From the NCBI GenBank assembly GCA_963664225.1, contig OY760937.1, positions 960,001-1,024,000 on the forward strand: DNA of 64,000 bases, given 5' to 3'. Under the pieces are notes generated by a model. That model was not told the origin of the DNA. It made no database searches and worked only from the letters and a program-made list of their open reading frames with translations. Shown in pieces: positions 1 through 9,816 of this stretch. Numbering within the stretch: position 1 is the first letter of the stretch; every line of letters starts with the position of its first letter. A program made the position numbers and the translations under genes. Source of the stretch: Verrucomicrobiia bacterium. Its GTDB lineage: Bacteria > Verrucomicrobiota > Verrucomicrobiia > Limisphaerales > UBA1319.

Positions 1-1
1 G

Positions 2-1321
2 TTTGGAGGCGCCCATCGCGTTGGTGGGGTTGACGGCCTTGTCGGTGGAAATCATGAGGAAGCGTTCGACTCCAAATTCAAGGGCCATTTCCGCCAGAAA
101 TGCTGAACCCATGGAATTATTGCGAACGGCCTCGGTGGGTTGGCGCTCCATCATGGGCACATGTTTATGCGCCGCCGCATGGAAGATCACGGATGGATGG
201 TGCGCCTCGAAAACGGAGCGCATGCGCACCGGATCGAGAATGTTGGCCACCACCGGGACGATGATCCCTTCGAAACCAAGATGGATTAATTCCTGTTCGA
301 TCTGGAATAACTGCACTTCGCAGTGTTCCACGAGTAAAAGCCTTTGTGGTCTAAACGCGGCAATCTGCCTGCACAGTTCGCTGCCGATGCTGCCGCCGGC
401 TCCGGTCACCATGACAACGCGGTTTTCAAAGGTGTGCCGGATGGCGTCTGTTTCCAATTCCACCGGCTCCCGCCCCAGGAGGTCCTCGATGCTTACGGGG
501 TGCAGTTGGCTGACCGACACCGCGCCTGAGGTCAATTGGGCGATGGAGGGAACGGTCACGCAGTTCAGTCCCGCTTCCTGGCCGACGGTGGTGATTTCCG
601 CCAACCGTTTGGCGGTGGCGGAAGGCATGGCAATGATCAAAGTGGAGACATTGTGTTTGCGGGCCACCTTTTTGAGCACTTCCGGGCGTCCAACAATTGG
701 GATGCCGTGAAGCGATGACCGCCATTTCAATGGATCGTCGTCTAAAAAGATGACGGGTTTCATTCTGAGGCCGGGTCGAGAGCGGAGTTCCTCCACAAGG
801 TTGGACCCGACGTCCCCGGCGCCCGCAATGGCGACGCGCTGAACATTGGCTGAAGTGCGTCCATAACCGATCCAGCGGCCTTCGTGAAACATGCGATAAC
901 CGACGCGCATGGAATAGATGCATCCAATGGCCAGGAGCGCATCGATGATGATGACGCCGCGGGGAGGCGAATAATCCATGCCGATCACGTAACGCAGGAG
1001 GAAGAGTAGTATCGCCCCGAAGAGAGTGGCTGCAATCAGGCGCTCCACGTCCGGTAAGCTGAAATAGCGGGTGATGCTGCCGAAATGACCAAAGACAGCA
1101 AGAACGGTCAATTGCAAGCCGACCACCACAAACCAATGCAGGAGAATTTGAACCTGATATTGGCCAGGGATTGCGAAATCAAAACGAAGCTCATAGGCCA
1201 GCCACAAACAGGCGAGCAGCGCCATCGTATAGATTGCGATCAAGGCAGGCCGCCGCACGTAACGCCACCAGGGAGGTGCGCGTCGGGAAAGAAATTTGCT
1301 AAGTTTTGCCGCTCGTTCCAT
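2..1321 (-). CDS. Polysaccharide biosynthesis protein, CapD/PglF-type nucleoside-diphosphate-sugar dehydratase (3' end runs off the window)
   Basis: Not in the ORF track because no stop lies in the window. Manual translation from ATG 1321 gives MERAAKLSK...LWLAYELRFDF (TM N-terminus), the FHAAAHKHVP motif, and ISTDKAVNPTNAMGASK at the window edge. Confidence 0.9.
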   Translation of the reverse strand, partial: MERAAKLSKFLSRRAPPWWRYVRRPALIAIYTMALLACLWLAYELRFDFAIPGQYQVQILLHWFVVVGLQLTVLAVFGHFGSITRYFSLPDVERLIAATLFGAILLFLLRYVIGMDYSPPRGVIIIDALLAIGCIYSMRVGYRMFHEGRWIGYGRTSANVQRVAIAGAGDVGSNLVEELRSRPGLRMKPVIFLDDDPLKWRSSLHGIPIVGRPEVLKKVARKHNVSTLIIAMPSATAKRLAEITTVGQEAGLNCVTVPSIAQLTSGAVSVSQLHPVSIEDLLGREPVELETDAIRHTFENRVVMVTGAGGSIGSELCRQIAAFRPQRLLLVEHCEVQLFQIEQELIHLGFEGIIVPVVANILDPVRMRSVFEAHHPSVIFHAAAHKHVPMMERQPTEAVRNNSMGSAFLAEMALEFGVERFLMISTDKAVNPTNAMGASK

Positions 1322-1671
1322 TTTGATGTGCCCAAGACCGACTCGCCCCACATAAGAGGCTATAATGTCAAAAGAGGCCAGAAATGATCAGGAATCGCAC
1401 GAAATAATGCAGTAAACGAGGGCATGGGTGAAAGTTGGAAGGGAGGGCTTTCAGGTGAGATGCAGGCTTTGAGGCAGACAGACGTTCATAAGTTACTGTG
1501 GTTGTGTGAATTAAGCTGTTAAATCCCGCCCTGCTTTAACGGATTGCGCAAAATGGGTCACTTGAGATGCGAGCGTGGCGGACAGATGGGTTAAGCCCAG
1601 GAACTTCAATTGGTGTACTTTTTCACTCGCCTCCAAGTCGGTAAACCGGTAAACGGTACGGTTCGAGTTAA

Positions 1672-1687
1672 TAACCACCGGTGGTTA
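1672..1687. promoter_or_regulatory. Perfect 16-bp palindrome TAACCACCGGTGGTTA, candidate operator in the divergent capD/wza promoter region
   Basis: Self-complementary sequence in a ~500-bp divergent intergenic region; function is inferred. Confidence 0.35.
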
Positions 1688-1827
1688 ACACCGGGTCCGA
1701 TGACTGTTTAGGCGTTTACAGATGAAAATGTGGCGTTTATTACTAGTTCGTTGATGGGTGGATATGGAGTCATTGAGAATAACGGCATAAGGCTGATCAT
1801 GGCTCGGCCGAATTTGACACGCCACGT

Positions 1828-2541
1828 ATGATACAATTAAATATTTTTCGCTCTTCGTCTTGCGAAGGTTCCAAACCTGAGGATCCAGGTTTACAATCGA
1901 GAGTGGCGCGCAACCTGGTATTTGCGGTTCTGGTCGGGCTCATAGGTTTGTCATCGGTTTGGCCGGTATTTGCGCAACCTGCTGTCGGCCAAACGAATAG
2001 TGCCACGGGGTCCGACACAGCGGTGGCGGCTCCTTTACTGAAGCTTAATGTGCTCAGGCCGAACGATGTGGTTTGGGTAAAGGTGTATCAGGAGGATGAT
2101 TTGGAGACCAAGGCGGCGGTTGACAAGGATGGATTTATCACGATGCCGCTCCTGGGTCCGGTGCAGGTGGGGCAGAAGACAGCAGAAGAGGCCACCGGGT
2201 TGATACGGTCGCTCTATGCCAAGGACTATCTGGTCAATCCACGGGTGAGCGTCACTTTGATTGAGAGGGCCAGATTGCGGTTCACGGTGATGGGCCAGGT
2301 GCAACGGCCGGGCACCTACGAGTTTCCAGATAATGAATCGCTGAATCTGCTTCAAGCCATTGCCATGGCGGGGGGTTACACGCGGCTCGGTGCTCCGAGC
2401 AAGGTCGGGTTGCAGCGAATGCAGGATGGCAAGCCGGTGGTCATACCGTTGAATGCCGAGCTGATGAGCAAAGATAAACAGGCCAAACCTTTCGAGCTGA
2501 TGCCCGACGATATCATCACTGTTGGCGAACGAATTTTCTAA
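1828..2541 (+). CDS. Polysaccharide export protein (Wza/Poly_export plus SLBB domain)
   Basis: Poly_export pattern VDKDGFITMPLLGPV...YLVNPRVSV and SLBB pattern VMGQVQRPG...AIAMAGG; directly upstream of a Wzc-like gene; start uncertain. Confidence 0.88.
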   Translation: MIQLNIFRSSSCEGSKPEDPGLQSRVARNLVFAVLVGLIGLSSVWPVFAQPAVGQTNSATGSDTAVAAPLLKLNVLRPNDVVWVKVYQEDDLETKAAVDKDGFITMPLLGPVQVGQKTAEEATGLIRSLYAKDYLVNPRVSVTLIERARLRFTVMGQVQRPGTYEFPDNESLNLLQAIAMAGGYTRLGAPSKVGLQRMQDGKPVVIPLNAELMSKDKQAKPFELMPDDIITVGERIF

Positions 2542-2549
2542 GATAGCCC

Positions 2550-4793
2550 ATGCAAGATCCCGAATACCCCAATACGCAGAACGGGCCCGAATATTATGGA
2601 GCACCCGAGCCCGGTGGCGAACTCAAGGACTTGATCAGCAAGTTGTTGGACCGCGCATGGCTGATTTCGTTGTGTGTGATTGTCGCCCTCCTTGCGGCGG
2701 CCATTTATTACAAGCGCGCCCCTCGCATTTACCAGGCGACCACGACGGCCCAAGTGGAGCAGGAGGAACAGCGCGTGGTCAAGGTTGAGCAGATTGTGAA
2801 GGAGGATCTGAGAACGGTCGAAGTCCTTAACACCATTGTTCAAAAACTGCGCAGCCAGCCGTTGCTGGAGCTTGTGCTGCAGACCAACGGGATTACGAAT
2901 GCGGCCTCTCTATTTGGCACGAAGCCGCAGACGAACGATGCGGCCATGAGCAGCGAGCAGTTGGTGGGCGCTTTTTCGGGAATGGTCAAGACGAGTTTGC
3001 GGCGCAATACGCGGCTCATCGATGTGACGGTGTCGCACCCCAATCCGGAGTTGGCGGCCAAACTGGCCAATTCGGTTGTCGAGCAGTATCTGACGCAGGA
3101 CTTTCAGGTGCGATCGATTTCGACGAAGGGAGCCTTCACGTTTTTGAACGATGAATCGCAACGTTTGAAGAAGAAGCTGGAAGCTTCCGAGCAAGCCCTC
3201 CAGGCCTACAGGGAAGAAGTCGGCTCGGTTTCGATGCTGCAGGGGGGGGACTTTGTAATGCCCCAACTGACGGAATTGAGTTTGCGTGTGACACAGGCCA
3301 AGAGCGAAACTATTCGCCTGAAGTCTTCTTATGACCAGGTGAATGCCGCGCGCACCAATCTCACGGAGATGCTTACCGCGCCGCAAATTGTGGCTGATCC
3401 GGCGGTTGCGGATGCCCGGGCGCTCCTCGCAAAGCTGGAGAATGATTTTGCGCTGATCCAGCAGCGGTATAAGGCGATGCATCCCAAATACATTCAGGCG
3501 ACGACATCGCTGGAGGAAGCGCGCCGGGGCCTGAACGCCGCAGTCTATAAGGCGGCGGATTCGCTGCGGGTGGCTTACGAGAATGCGGTGACCACGCAGA
3601 AAGGAATGGAAGACAGCTTCCGCGAGGCCCAGGAAAAAGCGCTGAAAGTGAGCCAGCAGGCGATCCATTACAACGTGCTCGCCCGGGAAGTGGAGTCGGA
3701 TCGGGCTTTATTTGACTCAGTGGTCAACCGGTTGAAGGAAACATCCCTGACAACCGATTTGCAGCCTGAAAAGATCCGGGTGGTGGAGCCGGCGACGGTT
3801 CCGAGCGGGCCTGCTTCGCCGAAGTTTAAGATCATTTTTGGCGCGGCGCTGATCGGTGGTTTGATGATGGGCTGCGCGCTTGCCTTGGGCTTGGGCATGC
3901 TGGATTCGTCGATCAAAGGGGTGGACGACGCGGAGCAGTATCTGCAACTGCCGGTATTGGCCTCCATTCCGCGACTCAAGGAAGTCAAAAAGACACACAA
4001 AAATCTGGTGGCGGCCGACGGCAACGCATCACAAGGCGCGGAGGCATTTCGAACCTTGCGAACGGCTTTGGCGATGTTGGGCAAGGAGGAAGTGCGCCGG
4101 ACGTTTGTTTTTACCAGCACATTGCCGCAGGAGGGCAAGTCGTTCACATCGCTTAATTTTGCGGCGAGTCTGGCGCAACAGGGATTGCGCACTTTACTCA
4201 TCGATGCGGATCTGAGGCGGCCGAGCATCGGGGAGTATTTGGAGCCGGATGCGGAGGAGAACGAGGAGCTGCCGGGGTTGACGGATTGCCTGGTGGGTCG
4301 CAAGCAGTTGTTGGAGGTGGTCAGATCGATTGAAAAAGTGGAGCATTTTTTCTGGCTGCCAGCGGGACATTTTGCGCCTAATCCGGCGGAATTGCTTGCG
4401 AATGAGCAGTTTGGAAAATTGATTCAGGAAGCGCTGAAGACCTATGATCGCGTAGTGGTTGATTCGGCGCCGATTCATGCGGTCAGTGACACACTGTTGA
4501 TTGCGGATAAGATCCAGACGACGGTGCTGGTGTTGCATGGTGGCAAAACGCCGCGCAAGCTTGTGGCCCGGTGCGTGCAGTTGCTGCAAGGCGCGGGAGC
4601 CCAGATGGGTGGGATTGTGATGAATCTCCTGTCGAACCGGCGCGGACATGGATATTACGATTCCTACTATTATTACGGGCATTACGGGTATTATGGGAAA
4701 GACGGGAAACGTAAAAAGAAGTCGTCCCGTTCGGGTTCGAAGCAACCGGGCGTTAAATCCGAAATCACGGAGATTGATAAAGTAGTGAAATGA
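2550..4793 (+). CDS. wzc: Polysaccharide co-polymerase / BY-kinase (Wzc family)
   Basis: Two TM segments flank a coiled-coil region. Walker A PQEGKS, LIDADLRRP, VVVDSAP and a C-terminal Tyr cluster GYYDSYYYYGHYGYYG are present. Confidence 0.92.
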   Translation: MQDPEYPNTQNGPEYYGAPEPGGELKDLISKLLDRAWLISLCVIVALLAAAIYYKRAPRIYQATTTAQVEQEEQRVVKVEQIVKEDLRTVEVLNTIVQKLRSQPLLELVLQTNGITNAASLFGTKPQTNDAAMSSEQLVGAFSGMVKTSLRRNTRLIDVTVSHPNPELAAKLANSVVEQYLTQDFQVRSISTKGAFTFLNDESQRLKKKLEASEQALQAYREEVGSVSMLQGGDFVMPQLTELSLRVTQAKSETIRLKSSYDQVNAARTNLTEMLTAPQIVADPAVADARALLAKLENDFALIQQRYKAMHPKYIQATTSLEEARRGLNAAVYKAADSLRVAYENAVTTQKGMEDSFREAQEKALKVSQQAIHYNVLAREVESDRALFDSVVNRLKETSLTTDLQPEKIRVVEPATVPSGPASPKFKIIFGAALIGGLMMGCALALGLGMLDSSIKGVDDAEQYLQLPVLASIPRLKEVKKTHKNLVAADGNASQGAEAFRTLRTALAMLGKEEVRRTFVFTSTLPQEGKSFTSLNFAASLAQQGLRTLLIDADLRRPSIGEYLEPDAEENEELPGLTDCLVGRKQLLEVVRSIEKVEHFFWLPAGHFAPNPAELLANEQFGKLIQEALKTYDRVVVDSAPIHAVSDTLLIADKIQTTVLVLHGGKTPRKLVARCVQLLQGAGAQMGGIVMNLLSNRRGHGYYDSYYYYGHYGYYGKDGKRKKKSSRSGSKQPGVKSEITEIDKVVK

Positions 4794-5084
4794 TAGATTG
4801 GTGGCGCGGGCGAATCGTGACTGCGTCACCTTGTTTCACTGTTCCATTTCACAAGACACCAAAATATTCATTTATTTTGGACGCCAGGTTTCAAGGCGAA
4901 TAGAGACCCAATTGAGCCAGGCCATTCACGTTTAGCAGGCGAATTGGGTTGGAGCATGAAAGGCGGTTTGCAAAACAGGGGTAGGCAAGGTTCGCCGCCC
5001 TTGAATATTTTCGGAATTTCTGCTGCGAGTTAATCGTTATTATTAACAAATAATATAAAGACCCTCCAGACAACGTTTTCTGCC

Positions 5085-6554
5085 ATGCCCCTGCTGAGGA
5101 TCGCTGACCAACTCCTTGGTGCTGCGTTATTGTTTGCTGTGGTGTTTGGTCCATGGGCATTTGGAACCACGGAACCATGGGCTGTTCAGATCATGAATGG
5201 CCTTGGTCTTGCTGTTTGGATTGTGTTGGGAGTCAGGTGGTTGCTGATGAGGGCGCGTTTTTTTGGAATGGTCAGCGACGATCCAGGCAGCAGCCACGGG
5301 CATGGTTCCAAAGAGAGGCTTTTTACCAGGATATTTGGGGTGCTGACGGCCTTGTTCCTTCTGTACTGCATGATGAGTGCCTGGAATGCGCGCGCCACAG
5401 TACACGCCCAATCGTTCAGTTTCGACTACCATGAAATAATAGGATGGCTGCCACATAGTTATGACAGCGAGAGCAGTTGGCAGTCGTTTTGGATGTATTT
5501 GGGAATTGCGGGGCTGTTTTGGGCGTGTCGGAGTTGGATTCTGGCCGGGGCCGCAGCGGAGCGGCGCAGGATGCGAGAGGGCGGTGAGGATTCTCACGAA
5601 CGAAACAGCTCGTTGCTGCCTGAACGTTTGCGTCTGTTACTTTGGGTGGTGAGCATTAACGGCGCAATTCTCGCTTTGGAGGGGATCATTCAACGGATCT
5701 CAGGGAGCAATGAATTGCTCTGGCTGGTGCAGCCGACGATTAACAAGGCTGGGATCGCGCAATTCGGGCCATATGCCTATCGGTCCAATGCGTCGCAGTA
5801 TTTCAACATGGTTTGGCCGGTGACATTGGGATTGTGGTGGACTTATCAGCAAGCTGGTCGCAGCCATGGTCTGGCGCAAATCCAAATGGCAGGCAGGCGA
5901 CATCACTTTCTGATTTCCTTCGCTTTGCTCATGGCTATTTGCCCGATCCTATCGACGAGCCGGGGAGGGGCATTGATCATGGCAGCCAGCGCGGTGCTTG
6001 TTGGGTTTGTGTATTTACTGGCTCAATGGCGCAGCACCTGGAAGGCAAAGCTTGGGGTTTTCGCCCTGCTGGGGGTCATGGTTGGCGGAGGGGTTCTGCT
6101 GGGATGGCAGGAGTTGGGACCCCGGATGGAAATGGAGGCCTTACAGGAGGGGTTGGACGGAAGGGAGGCGCTTTTTACGACGGGCTGGAGGATGGCAGCA
6201 GCTCAACCTTTATTCGGAACCGGGCCGGGCACATTTAGCAGTTTGTTTCCGCTTTTTCGAAGGGCCTCGATTGATGCCTGGCCAGCGCAGCTTCACAATG
6301 ACTGGCTGGAAACGTTTATTACATTCGGCTGGGTGGGCACGTCGATCCTGGTTCTGGGGCTGGCGGCGCTCGTTCTGCGCTGGTTCTTCCGCGGCAGGAT
6401 TTACGGCGAAAGGCATTTTGTCATGCTCATTTGGATCGCGCTGGGAGGATGCCTGATCCACGCCTGCTACGATTTTCCGCTGCAGGTTCATTCCTTGCTG
6501 ACGCTCTTTGTCCTCCATTGCTCGGTGTTGTCCTGTGTTGCCCGCAGGGTGTGA
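5085..6554 (+). CDS. O-antigen ligase (Wzy_C) family membrane protein
   Basis: Multi-TM protein with STSRGG, PLFGTGPGTF and HNDWLE motifs. Confidence 0.88.
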   Translation: MPLLRIADQLLGAALLFAVVFGPWAFGTTEPWAVQIMNGLGLAVWIVLGVRWLLMRARFFGMVSDDPGSSHGHGSKERLFTRIFGVLTALFLLYCMMSAWNARATVHAQSFSFDYHEIIGWLPHSYDSESSWQSFWMYLGIAGLFWACRSWILAGAAAERRRMREGGEDSHERNSSLLPERLRLLLWVVSINGAILALEGIIQRISGSNELLWLVQPTINKAGIAQFGPYAYRSNASQYFNMVWPVTLGLWWTYQQAGRSHGLAQIQMAGRRHHFLISFALLMAICPILSTSRGGALIMAASAVLVGFVYLLAQWRSTWKAKLGVFALLGVMVGGGVLLGWQELGPRMEMEALQEGLDGREALFTTGWRMAAAQPLFGTGPGTFSSLFPLFRRASIDAWPAQLHNDWLETFITFGWVGTSILVLGLAALVLRWFFRGRIYGERHFVMLIWIALGGCLIHACYDFPLQVHSLLTLFVLHCSVLSCVARRV

Positions 6555-6669
6555 AGGCGAGGCGAAGGATTCCGGGCAAGGCGTTTGCTTCTGATTGGCG
6601 AGAGTGGCTTGTGACCCATGGCATTGATGGTCCGTCTTCCGCCATCAGGAAAGTTCCGATGCGGGACCC

Positions 6670-8202
6670 CTACTTCGACTTGATGATGCGCCTGGGACGG
6701 GACTTATTTGTTGGCGCAGCCACGGGGATATAGAGTTCGAATGCAGATCCGGCGCCCCATTGGCTGGACACCTCAATCCAACCTTTATGCTGCCTGACGA
6801 TGTCGCAGACCGTTGGCAATCCAAGACCGACCCCTTTGCCGGGATCCTTGGTGGTGAAGAATGGCTCGAAGATGCGCGGCAAGTGCGCTGGCGCGATACC
6901 CGTTCCGGTATCGATGAAACTCAGGCGCACGAATTCGCCGGCCCGGGCTTCGGGATGGGCCTGCGCGTCGGATTTATCAAAACGGACTTTTTCTGTTTTA
7001 ATGTGCAATTTTCCTCCGGATTGCATGGCGTCGCGTGCGTTGATAACAAGGTTGAGGAGGACCTGTTCAAGCAAGCCGACGTCCGCGAGGACGCGGGGCA
7101 GTGCCGGTGCTGGCTCAAATTGCAGATCGATTTTTTCCCCGAGTATGCGTTGCATTGTCTTTCCCAAGCGCTCAATTTGCGGGTTTAAATCCAGCACTGT
7201 GGCGTGGAAGTTCCTCTTGCGGCCAAAGTCGAGCAATTGGCGCACCATTTTAGAGGCGTTTTCAGTGGCGAGGACCATCTCGGCAACGCACTCGACGGCT
7301 TCGGGGCCAAGTTTATCGCGCTCCAATTGGAGAAGGCTGGCATTCGCACGAATGACGGCAATGAGATTGTTGAAATCGTGGGCCAGTCCAGCGGCAAGCT
7401 GACCGATCGCTTCCATTTTCTGCGATCGGCGCAATTGCTCCTCCAGGCGTTTACGTTCCGTAATATCCCGCACGATGGTTGAAATGCCAATGACCCTGCC
7501 ATCGGAATTTTTTACGGGGGACGCGGTCAGCCAGACATCTATATGCCTCCCATCCTTTGTGACGCGGACCGTCTCAAAAGGTTCCATCGATTCCCCGCGG
7601 GCCACGGCGTTGTGTATGCGCTGAAGTTCCTGGCGGCGGTCGGTTGGAATGACCCGGGCGATTGACTGACCCACAATTTCGGCCGCGGAGTATCCATAGA
7701 TGCGTTCTGCGGCGGTGTTGAAGCTCACCACGATATCATCGAGCGTTTTGCCAATGATCCCGTCATTGGCGGAATCGACAATTGCCGCGAGGCGATCGCG
7801 CTGTTCTTCAAATTGTTTTTGCCGGGTGATGTCACGAACATTGCAGATGATTCCAACGGTCCTGCCCGTGGAGTTGCGCAGCGGCGCGTTCCATTGCGAC
7901 ACCCAGCCGGCGCGCCCCTTCTCAGGAATTCGATATTCAAATGCCAGGCTGGTCGTTTCATTGGTTTTGAGCGTATTAAGCAGTTGTTTTCGGATGGCCA
8001 GATTCCGAAACAATGGGAAGACCTCCACCAAATTGCGTGATAAAACCTCGGAGGCGGCATAGCCTGTGATTTTTTCCATTTCAGGATTCCAAAACCTGAA
8101 ATTGAGCTTTCGATCATAAACGATGATCCCTTCCTGGATGCTGGAAACGATCTGGGCGTTCAGCTGACTGGATTCGCGCAAGGCCTCCTGTGCCTGGGGG
8201 TG
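6670..8202 (-). pseudogene. 3' part of an IS110-interrupted multi-PAS sensor histidine kinase (2 PAS + HisKA + HATPase, no receiver)
   Basis: H-box LAHDFNN, NLVINARDA, DTGTGI, FEPFFTTK, GVGLGL. It is in the same frame as the 5' fragment at 9817-10224. The track ORF start (8235) lies inside the IS end. Confidence 0.85.
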
Positions 8203-8253
8203 AGTTGTTCTCTGTGTTGTAAAATGGTTTTTCATAAAAGTTATTCACCAAAA

Positions 8254-9504
8254 TTACCTGGCGGTTTTGGTCTGCAGACTCAGCACCCACGAACCATGCA
8301 GCTGCTGGTTTTTGGCATGTATTTCCGGATCGTAGGGCGCGTGGGTTTGGAGCATTTTCCAGATGATTTTGAGCCACCGCTGGCCCAGACACCGCAAAGC
8401 GCAAGCGTGGCTTTTGCCCTCTTCCCGTTTTTTCTGGTAGTAAACCTGTGCCCAAAGACATTTCTTGCGACTGCAATCGCTCCACAGATGCACGGCATGG
8501 CGGAGGAACTTGTCGCAGTGGTGGCGGATGCGGACCTTGTCGATTTGTCCCGATTGATAACTCACAGGAGCCGTGCCCGCAATGCCCTGCAGATGCTGTG
8601 CGCTTTCAAACCGGCCCGACCCGCCGCCGATTTCTCCCAGCAGCCGTGGAGCCAAAAACGAGCCCGCTCCGGGCAGCGAACCGAACAAGTCATGGTCGGG
8701 GTGCTGTGCAAACAAGGCCTGGATTTGCGCGTGATAAACATCCAGTTGCTGCTGCAACGTGCGTAACATTTTGGCCAGGCTCACCGCCAGGGTGCCCTTG
8801 GCCGCCGTCAGGGCCGCCGAGCCGCAAAACTGATCGGCCCGTGCAAAAATGCCCATCCGTTTTTCAGCGGTTTCCGGCCGCCAGAGCTTATGAACGTGCA
8901 GGAACTTTTCCCACCGTCGCTTGCCGGCTTTGACCAGCGCACGAGGCGTTGGAAACTCAATGATGAAATCCCACGCCGAGGCCATGGTCCAATCCTCAAA
9001 GGCCTCCAGGGCCGCCGGATAGTATTCCAAGAGAGCTTGTTGCAATTGATTTACGAACAGCGTGCGCTGACCGATGAGATGAACCTCATCCCGGCAGAGC
9101 ATCTGCAACTGGCTGGTCAGCGCGTCCGTTGGGACCAGCGCTTTCCAACCGTGCCCGTCGATCCGCAAGGCATCGGCCAGAGACCAGGCATCCAGAAAAT
9201 CGGTCTTGCTGCCGCTGGGCACCTTGCGATCCCGATACCGCTGGGCGCTCTTGGGATTGACCGGATAGACCGTTGCCTCCCCCCTCAGGAGCTGGTCCAC
9301 AGCCGTGCCGAAGCTCGTCTCAATGGCCACCGCCAAAGGGGCGAAGGGCGCCGTCTTTTTCCGCCATTGCTCCCAGCCCTCCTGGGAATGCTCGAAGCGG
9401 AACTGTTCCACGATCTTGCCCTCTCGATCGACGATGACCACATCGTGATGATCCCGGGCCCAATCCAATCCGGCAAAACAGGATATCTCCAACCATGATT
9501 TCAT
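8254..9504 (-). CDS. IS110 family transposase / bridge recombinase (416 aa)
   Basis: ATG 9504 with GGAGG RBS. RuvC-like DEDD motifs GLDWARDHHD, VAIETS and KTDFLDA; C-terminal Tnp domain with the catalytic-Ser motif APVSYQSG. Confidence 0.93.
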   Translation of the reverse strand: MKSWLEISCFAGLDWARDHHDVVIVDREGKIVEQFRFEHSQEGWEQWRKKTAPFAPLAVAIETSFGTAVDQLLRGEATVYPVNPKSAQRYRDRKVPSGSKTDFLDAWSLADALRIDGHGWKALVPTDALTSQLQMLCRDEVHLIGQRTLFVNQLQQALLEYYPAALEAFEDWTMASAWDFIIEFPTPRALVKAGKRRWEKFLHVHKLWRPETAEKRMGIFARADQFCGSAALTAAKGTLAVSLAKMLRTLQQQLDVYHAQIQALFAQHPDHDLFGSLPGAGSFLAPRLLGEIGGGSGRFESAQHLQGIAGTAPVSYQSGQIDKVRIRHHCDKFLRHAVHLWSDCSRKKCLWAQVYYQKKREEGKSHACALRCLGQRWLKIIWKMLQTHAPYDPEIHAKNQQLHGSWVLSLQTKTAR

Positions 9505-9517
9505 AGATCCTCCGTTA

Positions 9518-9682
9518 CGGGGCATCGGAGCGCTGTCGTCAGTCAACCTGATACAGGAAGCCTCGCGGGCAATAGTTCTCTCAGACTTTTTGACAGGCGC
9601 CGTCGGACGGGCCGGTAAACTCTCCTCAGTCTTCTTAAGACAAGGGGTGTATGACCGTGATCCATCCGGGGCGATGCCGCCA
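9518..9682 (-). ncRNA. Predicted IS110 bridge RNA (target-binding loop plus donor-binding loop)
   Basis: Outer stem GGCAUCG/CGAUGCC. The target loop, closed by CGGAUGG/CCGUCCG, reads CACCCCU - hairpin GUCUU-AAG-AAGAC - UGAGG. The donor loop, closed by CUGUC/GACAG and AGUC/GACU, reads GAGAACUAUU - hairpin GCC-CGCGA-GGC - GUAUCAG. The guides match the target and donor junctions. Ends are approximate. Confidence 0.8.
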
Positions 9683-9687
9683 GAAGC

Positions 9688-9716
9688 ATTATACTCCGGC
9701 GACAAAAGTTTTTCAC
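9688..9716 (-). promoter_or_regulatory. Sigma70-type promoter for the bridge RNA/transposase: GTGAAA-N17-TATAAT
   Basis: Perfect TATAAT at 9693-9688 (minus strand), 17-nt spacer, 4/6 match at -35, immediately 5' of the predicted RNA. Confidence 0.65.
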
Positions 9717-9816
9717 CGCTCGATTTTTTGGCGGCGGCACAGTTATTCACCGTTAGCTGCGGGGAGCTTCCCGGGGCTCTCCTCGCCAACGGATGATTAC
9801 CTGTGGAAACCGTATC

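Noticed and set aside
3..710. 235-aa plus-strand ORF at the window start
   Set aside because: Antisense to the CapD-like gene, whose conserved motifs are on the minus strand.
9668..9678. GGCAUCGCCCC as the left target guide (resembles GACATCACCCC)
   Set aside because: It pairs with CGAUGCC (9521-9527) as the outer stem and lacks the CT core. CACCCCU in the loop fits better.
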